Program-made: the position numbers and the translations under genes
The notes under the pieces: model-generated
Databases searched by the model: none
The model's input: the letters and a program-made list of their open reading frames with translations, nothing else
Told to the model about the DNA's origin: nothing
Shown: in pieces, positions 46,295-55,464 of the stretch
Layout: every line of letters begins with the position of its first letter
Numbering within the stretch: the first letter of the stretch is position 1
Assembly (NCBI GenBank): GCA_037140275.1
Contig: JBAXET010000001.1
Location: 1,160 to 65,159, forward strand
DNA length: 64,000 bases
Direction: 5' to 3'
DNA from: Ferruginibacter sp.
GTDB lineage: Bacteria > Bacteroidota > Bacteroidia > Chitinophagales > Chitinophagaceae

Positions 46295-47491
46295 TTATAA
46301 TAAGTTGATCAGCAGCTGATCAAAATCTGAAGCGTTTTTCTTTATTACTCCTTTGCAGGTAGTGCAATTATATTTTGCTGCTGCTTTCCATATACATTGA
46401 TAGGCGTTATTCATAGTAAATGGCTTTATCTCCTGATACCTCCATTTTGTATTGTCGGCCCAAAATGGCAAAATTGCTGCATACCCCTTTTCTAAAGATT
46501 TCTTCGACTGGGTTTGCACTGTCCACAAATTGGTATCTGTAGTTTCTGATAATTGTGCAATAATGGTAAAAGCATCTAAAATAAAAGTGGAATAATGCAT
46601 TGATGTAGTTCTGGCTAATTCCAATGGAAAAAATCCATTGGCATCCATTTGTACATCTAATCTGTTTATTGCCCGCTGTACTATTTTATTTGCCATTGCT
46701 TTGTCTTCAATAAAATTGGCAATGGCTAAACTTGTTGCATCAAACCATACGCCATGATTATTTTTTGCATCTCTTTCATCTATGCCTATTTTGCTGGTTT
46801 CCATCCAGGTTAAAAACTGGCTCATCCATTTCTTTAGTTTCTTTTGCTTGCCTTCTTTAAAATTTTCTGAATGCTGTAATAATGTAACGCCGTCTATTAA
46901 AAAAATAAAATGCCTTACTTCTATTAGTCCTTCAGCCCTGCCTTCAGTAACTCCTTTAACCGCCTGTCCAAAATTTAAATTCGGATGCATTGCTGTAGCA
47001 GAATCAAGGAACCATACTTTTATTAATTTACCGGCATGCTTTGCATATTCCTCATTGCCTGAAAAATAGTAGGCTAGCGAAAGGTTATAAATATTTTCGC
47101 AAAGCCTTGGCATATTTTCTTTATCGGGATAATTTTTTATTTCAGGATTTACTTCTCCATCTTTTCTAATATAGGGTAAGCCATCTGCTTTTGAAGGATC
47201 GGGCCACCAATAAGGCGCAATACTCATATAATCATGCTTATCGCCGCTTGGAGGCAAATCAGTTTTGTCCATCACACTCACGGCTTTATATTTTAAAGCC
47301 TTGTCAGCATCTTTTATCAACTGCTCATAAGCGGGCATTACAGCAGCATCTTTTGCTATTATTTTTGCTTTGCTTTCGGCAAGAATTTTAAAGTCAAGCT
47401 TTACCATATCCGACTTGGATAATTCTGCTTTTTGTGCATTAATCAGCAGTGTAAAACAAATCATCAACACTGCCAGTACTGTTTTTTTCAT
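46295..47491 (-). CDS. alginate-lyase-family (PL5-like alpha/alpha toroid) polysaccharide lyase, exported
   Basis: The start is set at MKKTVLAVLMICFTLLINAQ. Motifs WWPDP...GLPYIRKDGEVNP, RDAKNNHGVWF (catalytic Asn-His) and ELARTTSMHYSTF (Arg/Tyr). Confidence 0.7.
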   Translation of the reverse strand: MKKTVLAVLMICFTLLINAQKAELSKSDMVKLDFKILAESKAKIIAKDAAVMPAYEQLIKDADKALKYKAVSVMDKTDLPPSGDKHDYMSIAPYWWPDPSKADGLPYIRKDGEVNPEIKNYPDKENMPRLCENIYNLSLAYYFSGNEEYAKHAGKLIKVWFLDSATAMHPNLNFGQAVKGVTEGRAEGLIEVRHFIFLIDGVTLLQHSENFKEGKQKKLKKWMSQFLTWMETSKIGIDERDAKNNHGVWFDATSLAIANFIEDKAMANKIVQRAINRLDVQMDANGFFPLELARTTSMHYSTFILDAFTIIAQLSETTDTNLWTVQTQSKKSLEKGYAAILPFWADNTKWRYQEIKPFTMNNAYQCIWKAAAKYNCTTCKGVIKKNASDFDQLLINLL

Positions 47492-47510
47492 TGTATTTTT
47501 TTTAAACCTA

Positions 47511-47957
47511 CTATTTATTAATTTGAACCACTGCAATAGCTTCTATTTCTATTAATTTATCTTTTGCTGCCAATACAGCAACTCCAATTGCTGTGCTTGC
47601 AGGCATATTGGTATCTCCCAAAACTTCCTTTCTTACTTTTCTGAAAATATTCATCTTCTCTTCCGTATAGTTTGGAATATAGATATTCGTTTTTACGATG
47701 TCTTTAAAGCTTGCTCCGGCTTTTTCCAGTACTAGTCGGATGTTCTCAAATGTTGAACGGGTTTGCGCTTCAAAATCGGCTCCATCCCCCGTTAAGCCTG
47801 CAACATAAATGGTTCGGATTGTGCCATGAGTTACACTTACTGCTTTTGAATAACTTGGGCCCGAATCAAAATATGTTTTAGTTACAGTTCTTTGAATGTT
47901 ATTATCACAAGAACCCATAAATAGCATTGCCAAAAATCCAATACATATTTGTTTCAT
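47511..47957 (-). CDS. Rid (YjgF/RidA) family protein with lipoprotein signal peptide
   Basis: The start is set at MKQICIGFLAMLFMGSC (lipobox). Rid core YVAGLTG...TNIYI...PASTAIGVAVLAAKDKLIEIEAIAV. The canonical RidA Arg (PARS) is replaced by PAST here. Confidence 0.7.
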   Translation of the reverse strand: MKQICIGFLAMLFMGSCDNNIQRTVTKTYFDSGPSYSKAVSVTHGTIRTIYVAGLTGDGADFEAQTRSTFENIRLVLEKAGASFKDIVKTNIYIPNYTEEKMNIFRKVRKEVLGDTNMPASTAIGVAVLAAKDKLIEIEAIAVVQINK

Positions 47958-47967
47958 GTGCTGCTGT

Positions 47968-49413
47968 TTAATCGCCATCGGCCTGGTTTATTTCCTTCTT
48001 TTTTTTGTCTTTCTTTTCTTTTTTGTCGTCACTGTTTTCCTCATTTTTTTTTGCTTCTCTTGCTTTAATTTTTGCCCCATGCCTGCCGCTTCCATCTGCA
48101 TCATCTACAATTCCACCTGCAGGATTTAATTTATCTAATACTTGTTTTAAACGACCATAAGCCTCCATGGCTTCTTTATTATCGGTATAGTTAGTCATGA
48201 GTTTTTCTTCAAAAGGTGAATTTGTCATGTCAAACAATTCATTTTCTCTGTTCAACTTCCATCTTCCGTCTCTTACATACCATTTATTGCCTAACTCACA
48301 AAAAATCCAATCGCGGGGATTTCCTTTTTGTCCTACTAATTGAGGTAAAAAACTACGTCCATCCAAAATATTTTTTGTTGGTAATGCAGCACCTGCAACA
48401 GCTGCAAAAGTGGGTAACAAATCGCTTGCGTCAATTAATGTTGTAGAAACTTGATTAGGAGCTATAACGCCGGGCCAGTTTGCTAAAGTTGGAACCAATC
48501 CCCCGCACTCTAACATTTCACCTTTTTTACCTGAAAGTTTTTTGCCGCCAATAGTACCTCGTTTGGCATATACCCCTGCGGTACCATTATCACCCATAAA
48601 TACGATTAAAGTATTGTCGCGTAAATGCAGGCTATCCAAGGTTTTTAAAAGTTTACCTACCAGCTTATCCATATAAGCAATGTTATCGGCGTATAAATCA
48701 CTGCCCGGTTTACTTTCAGGAGTGGGTTGTATTTGTCCATGAACTTCTACCAACGAATAATATAAAAAGAAAGGTTTAGTCTTGTTATCAGATAACCATT
48801 TAACCATATGGTTATGCATAAGATCTGGCATATAGTTGGATCCTAATTCTTTGTCAACTCCATTTTCTGTATATATTTCTGCTTTAGCTTTTTCTTTACT
48901 CCAGTATACACCACTTCCTTTAAAACGGATATAATCGTCGAAGCCAAAGTCGGAGGGATTTAAAGGCAGCTGCCCCCATTTACCTGTCATAGAAGTTACA
49001 TAACCTGCCGACTTTAAAACGGTGGGAATCATCACTTCCTCAGATGGTTTTAAATTGCCGCACATATCCTGATTTACTGCACCTGTACGAAAGGCATACC
49101 GGCCAGTAAGGATTAAAGCACGTGAAGGACCACATAGGGGTGCGGTATATGAATGTTGAAAGCGGATACCGTTTTTAGCCAGTTGATCAATATTTGGCGT
49201 ATGATTACTATCCGATCCATAAGCACTCACATCCCCTATTCCCAAATCATCGGCAAGAATATAAATGATGTTTGGTTTAGCTGGTAATGCTTTTACTCCT
49301 TTTGTTTGCACTACATGTTCTGTTGCTGAAACTGTTTTAGTTTTTTTGCTTTTTTGAGCTGTAGCATACTGCAAAGAAGTAAGCATCACTAAACTGAATA
49401 ATATTTTTTTCAT
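47968..49413 (-). CDS. S1-family sulfatase (formylglycine-dependent) with a Lys/Glu-rich C-terminal tail
   Basis: Signal peptide. PNIIYILADDLGIGDV and the sulfatase signature APLCGPSRALILTGRY. The tail is ...KIKAREAKKNEENSDDKKEKKDKKKKEINQADGD. Confidence 0.85.
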   Translation of the reverse strand: MKKILFSLVMLTSLQYATAQKSKKTKTVSATEHVVQTKGVKALPAKPNIIYILADDLGIGDVSAYGSDSNHTPNIDQLAKNGIRFQHSYTAPLCGPSRALILTGRYAFRTGAVNQDMCGNLKPSEEVMIPTVLKSAGYVTSMTGKWGQLPLNPSDFGFDDYIRFKGSGVYWSKEKAKAEIYTENGVDKELGSNYMPDLMHNHMVKWLSDNKTKPFFLYYSLVEVHGQIQPTPESKPGSDLYADNIAYMDKLVGKLLKTLDSLHLRDNTLIVFMGDNGTAGVYAKRGTIGGKKLSGKKGEMLECGGLVPTLANWPGVIAPNQVSTTLIDASDLLPTFAAVAGAALPTKNILDGRSFLPQLVGQKGNPRDWIFCELGNKWYVRDGRWKLNRENELFDMTNSPFEEKLMTNYTDNKEAMEAYGRLKQVLDKLNPAGGIVDDADGSGRHGAKIKAREAKKNEENSDDKKEKKDKKKKEINQADGD

Positions 49414-49446
49414 ATCAGGAATTGTTTAACTTATTTAATTTCATTT

Positions 49447-50910
49447 TTAATAGTCTTTCTTAATAACCCAATTCACCCCAACATCATTTTTATTTAATTT
49501 CCATTTTGGATCAAACTGAGTAACCTCTTTTTCGGTGAGCTTTATTTGATGAATGGATAATCTTTGATTAATAGTATCGATAATGGAGGCATTTGCAGAA
49601 ATAGTAGCAAAGTAAAAGCCATTTTTCTGCTCAACTGTATTTTTATTTAAAAACGAAAACCCATCAAGATTGACAGTGCCATTTGTATAATAATTATTTT
49701 TACAAACTGAATAAGTCACCGGCTCTGTTTCTACCGCAACTTTATTATTTCCTAAAGCTTGAATAATGAAATTATTTACAATGCAAAGATTTTGGGGCAC
49801 TGTAAAAGGGAGGCCTTTACTCTTATTGCCGTAACCGATTTTAAAAACAGGTGTTTCACAATTAACCATTGTATTGAAAGCCACAATAGCGTTGTCGGCC
49901 GGATAATACCCGTTTAATGGCGATCCCAGTAATCCGCTCATGATAACAATACCTGCTTTTGAAGGATCTTTATCACTTCCCTCTGCATTAACAATATAAT
50001 TATTAAAAACAGTTTGATTGGCATTAATAATTCTGATACCACCGCTGGTATTACGACCATTTTTGCCATTAAAATAATTGCCGTAAACAAAACATTTTTG
50101 GCCATGGCGCAATACCATTTGTCCATCATTGCTGATAAAAGTATTGAACCTGTAAATATTATCCCAGCTTTTATTACTGATCACTTCTGCTTCCAGCCGG
50201 TGATCTTCAAAATAGTTGTATTCTATTATATTAAAGCCATGGGTAAAGGAGGTAAAGCTATCGCCTATACGCATGTCTTCTCCTCCATTATCAGTGGGCA
50301 AAGTACGATAGCCAAAATAATTGTGGTGTATGTGATGATAGGTGGAAGCTGCCATATCGCTGCCATCCACATAGCCTACTTCTTTTTTATACCGCACCAC
50401 TAAATATGGCCCCTGATTGGTTTTACCCAAAAAATAACAATGATCTACTTCATTAAATGTGCCTTGCACACTTATCCAGTTATTATTAACCATAACATCA
50501 ATTGGAGTATAATTGATAACGGCACAATTGGTAATGCGGCAATGTATTGCGTTAACGCTAAACGATAGTACATCCCCTTTATCTAATGTTGAAGTACCCT
50601 GATACAAAAATCCTGTTGCCTGCAAACCAGTACCATCAAGTAATAGTTGCGAACTGCCTGTAAAAATTACTTTACCCGGTGTTTCTGCTTTAAGATAAAT
50701 TGAGTTTGCCAATGTACCTTTTGATGCCGGGTTAAAATCAATTTTAACATCTGCATAAACCCCATTTTTCCATACTATTATATCTCCTGCATTAATTTTT
50801 TTCATTAACAGATTAAATTGCTGAACATCATTTACAGTGTATTGCTCAGCTTTTGGCCGAAACCAAAAAGCTGTAATGCATACAATCACTATCGCTAATT
50901 TCTTTTTCAT
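49447..50910 (-). CDS. polysaccharide lyase family 6 (chondroitinase B / PL6 alginate lyase-like) beta-helix enzyme
   Basis: N-terminus INAGDIIVWKNGVYADV. Core MRIGDS...EAEVISNKSWDNIYRFNTFISNDGQMVLRHGQ aligns by eye with the catalytic Lys/Arg region of chondroitinase B (EAEIITSKSQEN...NFRHG). Confidence 0.8.
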   Translation of the reverse strand: MKKKLAIVIVCITAFWFRPKAEQYTVNDVQQFNLLMKKINAGDIIVWKNGVYADVKIDFNPASKGTLANSIYLKAETPGKVIFTGSSQLLLDGTGLQATGFLYQGTSTLDKGDVLSFSVNAIHCRITNCAVINYTPIDVMVNNNWISVQGTFNEVDHCYFLGKTNQGPYLVVRYKKEVGYVDGSDMAASTYHHIHHNYFGYRTLPTDNGGEDMRIGDSFTSFTHGFNIIEYNYFEDHRLEAEVISNKSWDNIYRFNTFISNDGQMVLRHGQKCFVYGNYFNGKNGRNTSGGIRIINANQTVFNNYIVNAEGSDKDPSKAGIVIMSGLLGSPLNGYYPADNAIVAFNTMVNCETPVFKIGYGNKSKGLPFTVPQNLCIVNNFIIQALGNNKVAVETEPVTYSVCKNNYYTNGTVNLDGFSFLNKNTVEQKNGFYFATISANASIIDTINQRLSIHQIKLTEKEVTQFDPKWKLNKNDVGVNWVIKKDY

Positions 50911-50928
50911 GTAACCTTTTACAATAAT

Positions 50929-52674
50929 TTATTTAGTTATTTTCCAGGGCCATGGTTTTGCTTTTGTTCTCAATGCCTCTTTCTCCCATAATGCTGATAA
51001 TGCTTTCACTTTTTCAGGAAATTGTAATGCCAAATTATTTGTTTCACTTGGATCATTTTCCATGTTGTACAATTCCCAATTATTTTCATCCGCTGCAGTA
51101 AAATTTTTATTTTTAAGCGTTTTTGAAACCAATTTCCAATTGCCAGCACGCAAAGCTCTGTTGCCCTCATGTTCCCAAAAAATGAAATTTCGTTTTACTG
51201 GTTTGTTGGTAAAAGCTGGCAATAAACTTTTCCCTTCAGCAGGTTGAACAGCATTATTATTAAATTCTTGGGGGTAATTAATACCGGCAATATCAATACA
51301 GGTTGCCATAATATCTATTAAATGCCCGGGTTGGTTGCGTAGTTGCCCTTTGGCTTTTATTCCTTTTGGCCACTGAATAATTAAAGGTGTTGCAATACCG
51401 CCTTCATGCGTCCAATGCTTGTACATACTGAATGGGGTATTACTAACATTAGCCCATTCTACACCATAAGTAACCCAGGTATTGGCATTACCCGGCATTA
51501 CGCCTTTGCCACTTCTTAAAAATTCACCAGTTCTGGTATACACTGGTTTTTTTCCTGTAAAAATGGAGTCGTATGCATATGGGTGTATTTTTTTCTGTTC
51601 TTCTGTTAAAGCCTTTTCAGGCTGATCAGAATCCAATGGCTCTGCACAACCACCATTATCATGCATATAAAATATAATGGTATTTTCCAATTCGCCTTTT
51701 TGCTCCAACACCGAAATTATTTTTCCTATTCCCTGGTCCATAATATCAATCATGGCTGCATATACTTCCATTTTTTTAACCTGCCATGCTTTCATCGGCT
51801 CATCCTTCCATTCAGGAATATCAACGCCTTTTTTTGTTAATACTGCATTGCTGCTGATGATGCCGAGCATTTTTAATTTTTCAAAACGTTGCTGCCGTAT
51901 TGCATCCCAACCCTTATCATACATGCCCTTATATTTCTGAACAATACTGTCGGGGGCATGCAAAGGCCAATGTGCTGCGGTATAAGCGATATAAAAAAAG
52001 AAAGGTTTTCCCTTTGGATTTTCATTTATGAATTTTATAGCGGTATCTGTTATGGCGTTGGTATAGTAAAAATTTTTGGGTGCTGCAATAAAGGTATTAT
52101 TGCTGATGAGTGTACCGGGATCATAATAACTTCCCGAACCATTTAATGTTCCAAAATAGCGTTGAAATCCACGTTGGCAGGGCCAGTTGGATGTATCGCC
52201 ATCTCTTGTGATGCTTTTTGCTATATGCCATTTGCCTGTCATATAAGTTGCATACCCTGCCTGCTGAAAAACTTCAGCCATAGTAACTGCATTCTTACTC
52301 AGATCATCTGTATAACCGGGCTCCTTAAAATTTTCAGTTGATAAATGCCCCATGCCTGCCTGGTGCGGATATAAACCTGTTAGCAAAGATGCCCGTGAAG
52401 GGCTACATCTTGCTGTGTTATAGAAATGTGTAAAAGACAATCCATTTGCCGCTAATTTATCAATATTAGGTGTTCTTATTTCAGAACCATAACAACCAAT
52501 ATCCGAAAAGCCCATATCATCTGTTAGTATCACAATTAAGTTCGGCTTCTTTTCCTTTTGTGAAAAAACTGATGCAGCAATAAAAATAGTACAAATAAAA
52601 AAAGTACACATTCCCTTTATATAGAGGGATTGGGCTCCATTATTTATTTTATTTTTAAAATCAGTCATTCTCAA
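50929..52674 (-). CDS. S1-family arylsulfatase
   Basis: KPNLIVILTDDMGFSDIGCYG and the signature ARCSPSRASLLTGLYPHQAG. 581 aa. The real start may be the internal Met at 52611, just before the signal peptide. Confidence 0.85.
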   Translation of the reverse strand: MRMTDFKNKINNGAQSLYIKGMCTFFICTIFIAASVFSQKEKKPNLIVILTDDMGFSDIGCYGSEIRTPNIDKLAANGLSFTHFYNTARCSPSRASLLTGLYPHQAGMGHLSTENFKEPGYTDDLSKNAVTMAEVFQQAGYATYMTGKWHIAKSITRDGDTSNWPCQRGFQRYFGTLNGSGSYYDPGTLISNNTFIAAPKNFYYTNAITDTAIKFINENPKGKPFFFYIAYTAAHWPLHAPDSIVQKYKGMYDKGWDAIRQQRFEKLKMLGIISSNAVLTKKGVDIPEWKDEPMKAWQVKKMEVYAAMIDIMDQGIGKIISVLEQKGELENTIIFYMHDNGGCAEPLDSDQPEKALTEEQKKIHPYAYDSIFTGKKPVYTRTGEFLRSGKGVMPGNANTWVTYGVEWANVSNTPFSMYKHWTHEGGIATPLIIQWPKGIKAKGQLRNQPGHLIDIMATCIDIAGINYPQEFNNNAVQPAEGKSLLPAFTNKPVKRNFIFWEHEGNRALRAGNWKLVSKTLKNKNFTAADENNWELYNMENDPSETNNLALQFPEKVKALSALWEKEALRTKAKPWPWKITK

Positions 52675-52694
52675 TTATATTTTATTTCAAGCTT

Positions 52695-53846
52695 TTACTT
52701 ATCTGCCACGCACCTAAAACCCAAATGCTCCATTCCCGAATCTTCTGAAGTCTTCATTCGGGCTGCCACCCTATAGCCACTGCAATAGGAATCATTACAT
52801 AAAAAACTTCCTCCCCTGATTACCCTTTTTTTAGCCAGTGGTTCATCGGGATCAAAACTTTTTATTGGTCCTTTTGGCTGTATTGCTGTTCCGGATTTAT
52901 TCAATTGGTCGTAATAAGTATTATTATATAAATCTGCACACCATTCCCAAACATTTCCGGCCACATCATATAAACCATATCCATTGGGTGCAAAAGATTT
53001 TACCGGGGCAGCTCCAAAAAAACCATCTTTTGTTTCATTTTTGTTTGGAAAACTTCCCTGCCAGTAGTTACACTTTATACTTCCGGAATCTACCTGTTCA
53101 TTTCCCCAGGCATAAATATTATTTTGTAAGCCTCCCCTTGCAGCATATTCCCACTCTGCTTCTGTAGGCAATCTTTTTCCTGCCCATTTACAATAGGCAA
53201 TTGCATCAAACCAGCTGATGTGAATAACAGGAAATTTTTCTTTTCCAATGATATCACTACCTGCTCCTTTTGGATGTTTCCAGTTGGCACCATGCATCCA
53301 ATTCCACCACTGACTGTAATCGCGTAAATCAACGGTTGCTGCAGTTGGAACAAATACAAGTGAAGCAGCTTTTAATATTTCAGCAGAGGGTTTGGCTGTG
53401 CCTGCGGGTAATTGTTTTTTCAGCTCTTCCCATTTCACATCTTTTTCAGCAGTGGTAATATATCCGGTTGCTTTTACAAAAGCAGCAAACTGTTCATTGG
53501 TAACTTCTGTGGCATCCATATAAAAGCCCTTTACTGTTACCTGATGTTTAGGATATTCGTCCATACGGCCCTGCTCACTATCTGCACCCATACTAAATGT
53601 GCCTCCCTCAATCCAAACCATTCCACTATAACTTACTTTAGTTTTACCTGCGGATGATGATAACGAAGTAGTATTTTTTTTAAGTGAGGTAAATCGGTCA
53701 GGCAGTTTTGATGTACAGCAAGATTTGTTGATATTGGTTGCACTATCTTTTACCACCCGCTTTGGTATAGCCGGCTGTTGAGCATTTGCGGTAAATGAAA
53801 CTACCCAAAAAAAAGAATAAAAAATATATCTGCTTGCCATTTTCAT
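52695..53846 (-). CDS. formylglycine-generating enzyme (aerobic FGE / SUMF1 family), exported
   Basis: Signal peptide. MVWIEGGTFSMG, PTEAEWEYAARGG, GNVWEWCAD and RGGSFLC motifs. Confidence 0.85.
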   Translation of the reverse strand: MKMASRYIFYSFFWVVSFTANAQQPAIPKRVVKDSATNINKSCCTSKLPDRFTSLKKNTTSLSSSAGKTKVSYSGMVWIEGGTFSMGADSEQGRMDEYPKHQVTVKGFYMDATEVTNEQFAAFVKATGYITTAEKDVKWEELKKQLPAGTAKPSAEILKAASLVFVPTAATVDLRDYSQWWNWMHGANWKHPKGAGSDIIGKEKFPVIHISWFDAIAYCKWAGKRLPTEAEWEYAARGGLQNNIYAWGNEQVDSGSIKCNYWQGSFPNKNETKDGFFGAAPVKSFAPNGYGLYDVAGNVWEWCADLYNNTYYDQLNKSGTAIQPKGPIKSFDPDEPLAKKRVIRGGSFLCNDSYCSGYRVAARMKTSEDSGMEHLGFRCVADK

Positions 53847-53856
53847 TTTTAAAATC

Positions 53857-55461
53857 TTACTTCACCTGTGATTGTAAAAATGCCATCATTTTTGCATTCA
53901 TCATTTTAGTTATAGCTGCATAATTTTTTTCCTTTGCCACGTTTACAGTTTCTAAAGGATCTTTTTTATAGTCATACAATTCAACTCCAATAATCAGATC
54001 CTTATTAAATTTTTGTGTGCTCCTGAAACCATTATTCATCCAAATGGTATAGCGGTATTGTTTGGTGCGGATGGAGTAGCCCATGGCATTCGCATCTGCA
54101 TATCCCAATCTTTCATTTTCAGCTGTTGCATTACTTCTTGGGTACTGACTTACTGAATAATCTTTAACTGATCCAGCAGGATTTTTCATTAGTGGTACTA
54201 AACTTTTTCCATCCAAAATAGTGGGAATAGTTAATCCTGCCAACTCACATAAGGTTGGAAAAATATCAACATGTTCTGATAGTGCGTTGGTTTTTGAAGA
54301 CTTAAAACCGGGTGCTGCAATTAGTAATGGCGCATGAGTAGCTTCCTCAAAATTGGTATGTTTACACCATAAATTATGGTCGCCTAAATGCCAACCATGG
54401 TCGCCCCATAATACAATGATGGTATTTTTAGTTAGCCCCAGCGAATCTAAAGCGTCTAATAATTTTCCTACGTTAGCATCTGTATAAGAAATGGCTGCAT
54501 AATAGCCATGGATTAATTCTTTTTGTTTTTCGGCCGGTAATGTTAAGCCATATGGCTTTTGATCTGTAAAAGATGTTAATGCAGGAATATCAGAATAACC
54601 TCTTAGTTCACCAGCGTTATGATAGGCTACTGCAACAGGGTTTTTAGTTTGCTCCTGAAATTTAGCCAAAGGCATATCTTCTCTTTTATACAAATCCCAA
54701 TACTTTTTGGGTGCTACAAAAGGCAAGTGCGGCTTGGCAATACCTACGGCAAAAAAGAAAGGCTGATTGCTTTTACTTAATTGCACCAATATGTTTTTTG
54801 CCTGCAACATATTTGCGCCATCTGTATAAGCATAATCAGGCACGTCAGCATTTTCTACAGAAGGTTTGATTTTCGTTTCTGCATATTGGTTGGCCTCTGC
54901 CTTTGTTTTACCGTTGGCCAAAGCTTCATTGATATATTTTAATGCCAAAGCTTTTGTTTCGGGTAATTGGTATCTGTTTTCGGCAGGCTCTCCATATGTA
55001 CCATAATATTTACTGTCTGTTTTATAAAATGGTATACTCCAGGAGGGCTTATCAATATCTTTATCAACACATCTTACATCGTACACCTTTCCAATTCCCT
55101 GAGTAGAATACCCCTGAGATATGAAATACTGAGGCAGACTTAAAATATCTGGATTGATATCCCTCATTTTGGTTTTCAGATCCCATATTTTAGTGTAATC
55201 TGGCCTTTTGCCCGTCATTAAACTTGCGCGTGTTGGACCACACACTGCCTGTTGCACATAATTACTCATAAATACAGTACCCATTTTGGCCAGCCGGTCA
55301 ATATTGGGTGTTTTTATCTGTGTATTTCCATAGCACCCTAATATTGGTTTTAAATCATCAATGGCAATAAAGAGAATATTGGGTTTAGATTTTTGTTGTG
55401 CTACTATACCAAAGTCACAAAACAATAACAATGCTGCAATCAATCCAATTATCTTTCTCAT
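53857..55461 (-). CDS. S1-family sulfatase, iduronate-2-sulfatase-like (S1_7-like)
   Basis: KPNILFIAIDDLKPILGCYGN, QQAVCGPTRASLMTGKRPDYT and LWGDHGWHLGDH. Tandem paralog of the next gene. Confidence 0.85.
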   Translation of the reverse strand: MRKIIGLIAALLLFCDFGIVAQQKSKPNILFIAIDDLKPILGCYGNTQIKTPNIDRLAKMGTVFMSNYVQQAVCGPTRASLMTGKRPDYTKIWDLKTKMRDINPDILSLPQYFISQGYSTQGIGKVYDVRCVDKDIDKPSWSIPFYKTDSKYYGTYGEPAENRYQLPETKALALKYINEALANGKTKAEANQYAETKIKPSVENADVPDYAYTDGANMLQAKNILVQLSKSNQPFFFAVGIAKPHLPFVAPKKYWDLYKREDMPLAKFQEQTKNPVAVAYHNAGELRGYSDIPALTSFTDQKPYGLTLPAEKQKELIHGYYAAISYTDANVGKLLDALDSLGLTKNTIIVLWGDHGWHLGDHNLWCKHTNFEEATHAPLLIAAPGFKSSKTNALSEHVDIFPTLCELAGLTIPTILDGKSLVPLMKNPAGSVKDYSVSQYPRSNATAENERLGYADANAMGYSIRTKQYRYTIWMNNGFRSTQKFNKDLIIGVELYDYKKDPLETVNVAKEKNYAAITKMMNAKMMAFLQSQVK

Positions 55462-55464
55462 GTT

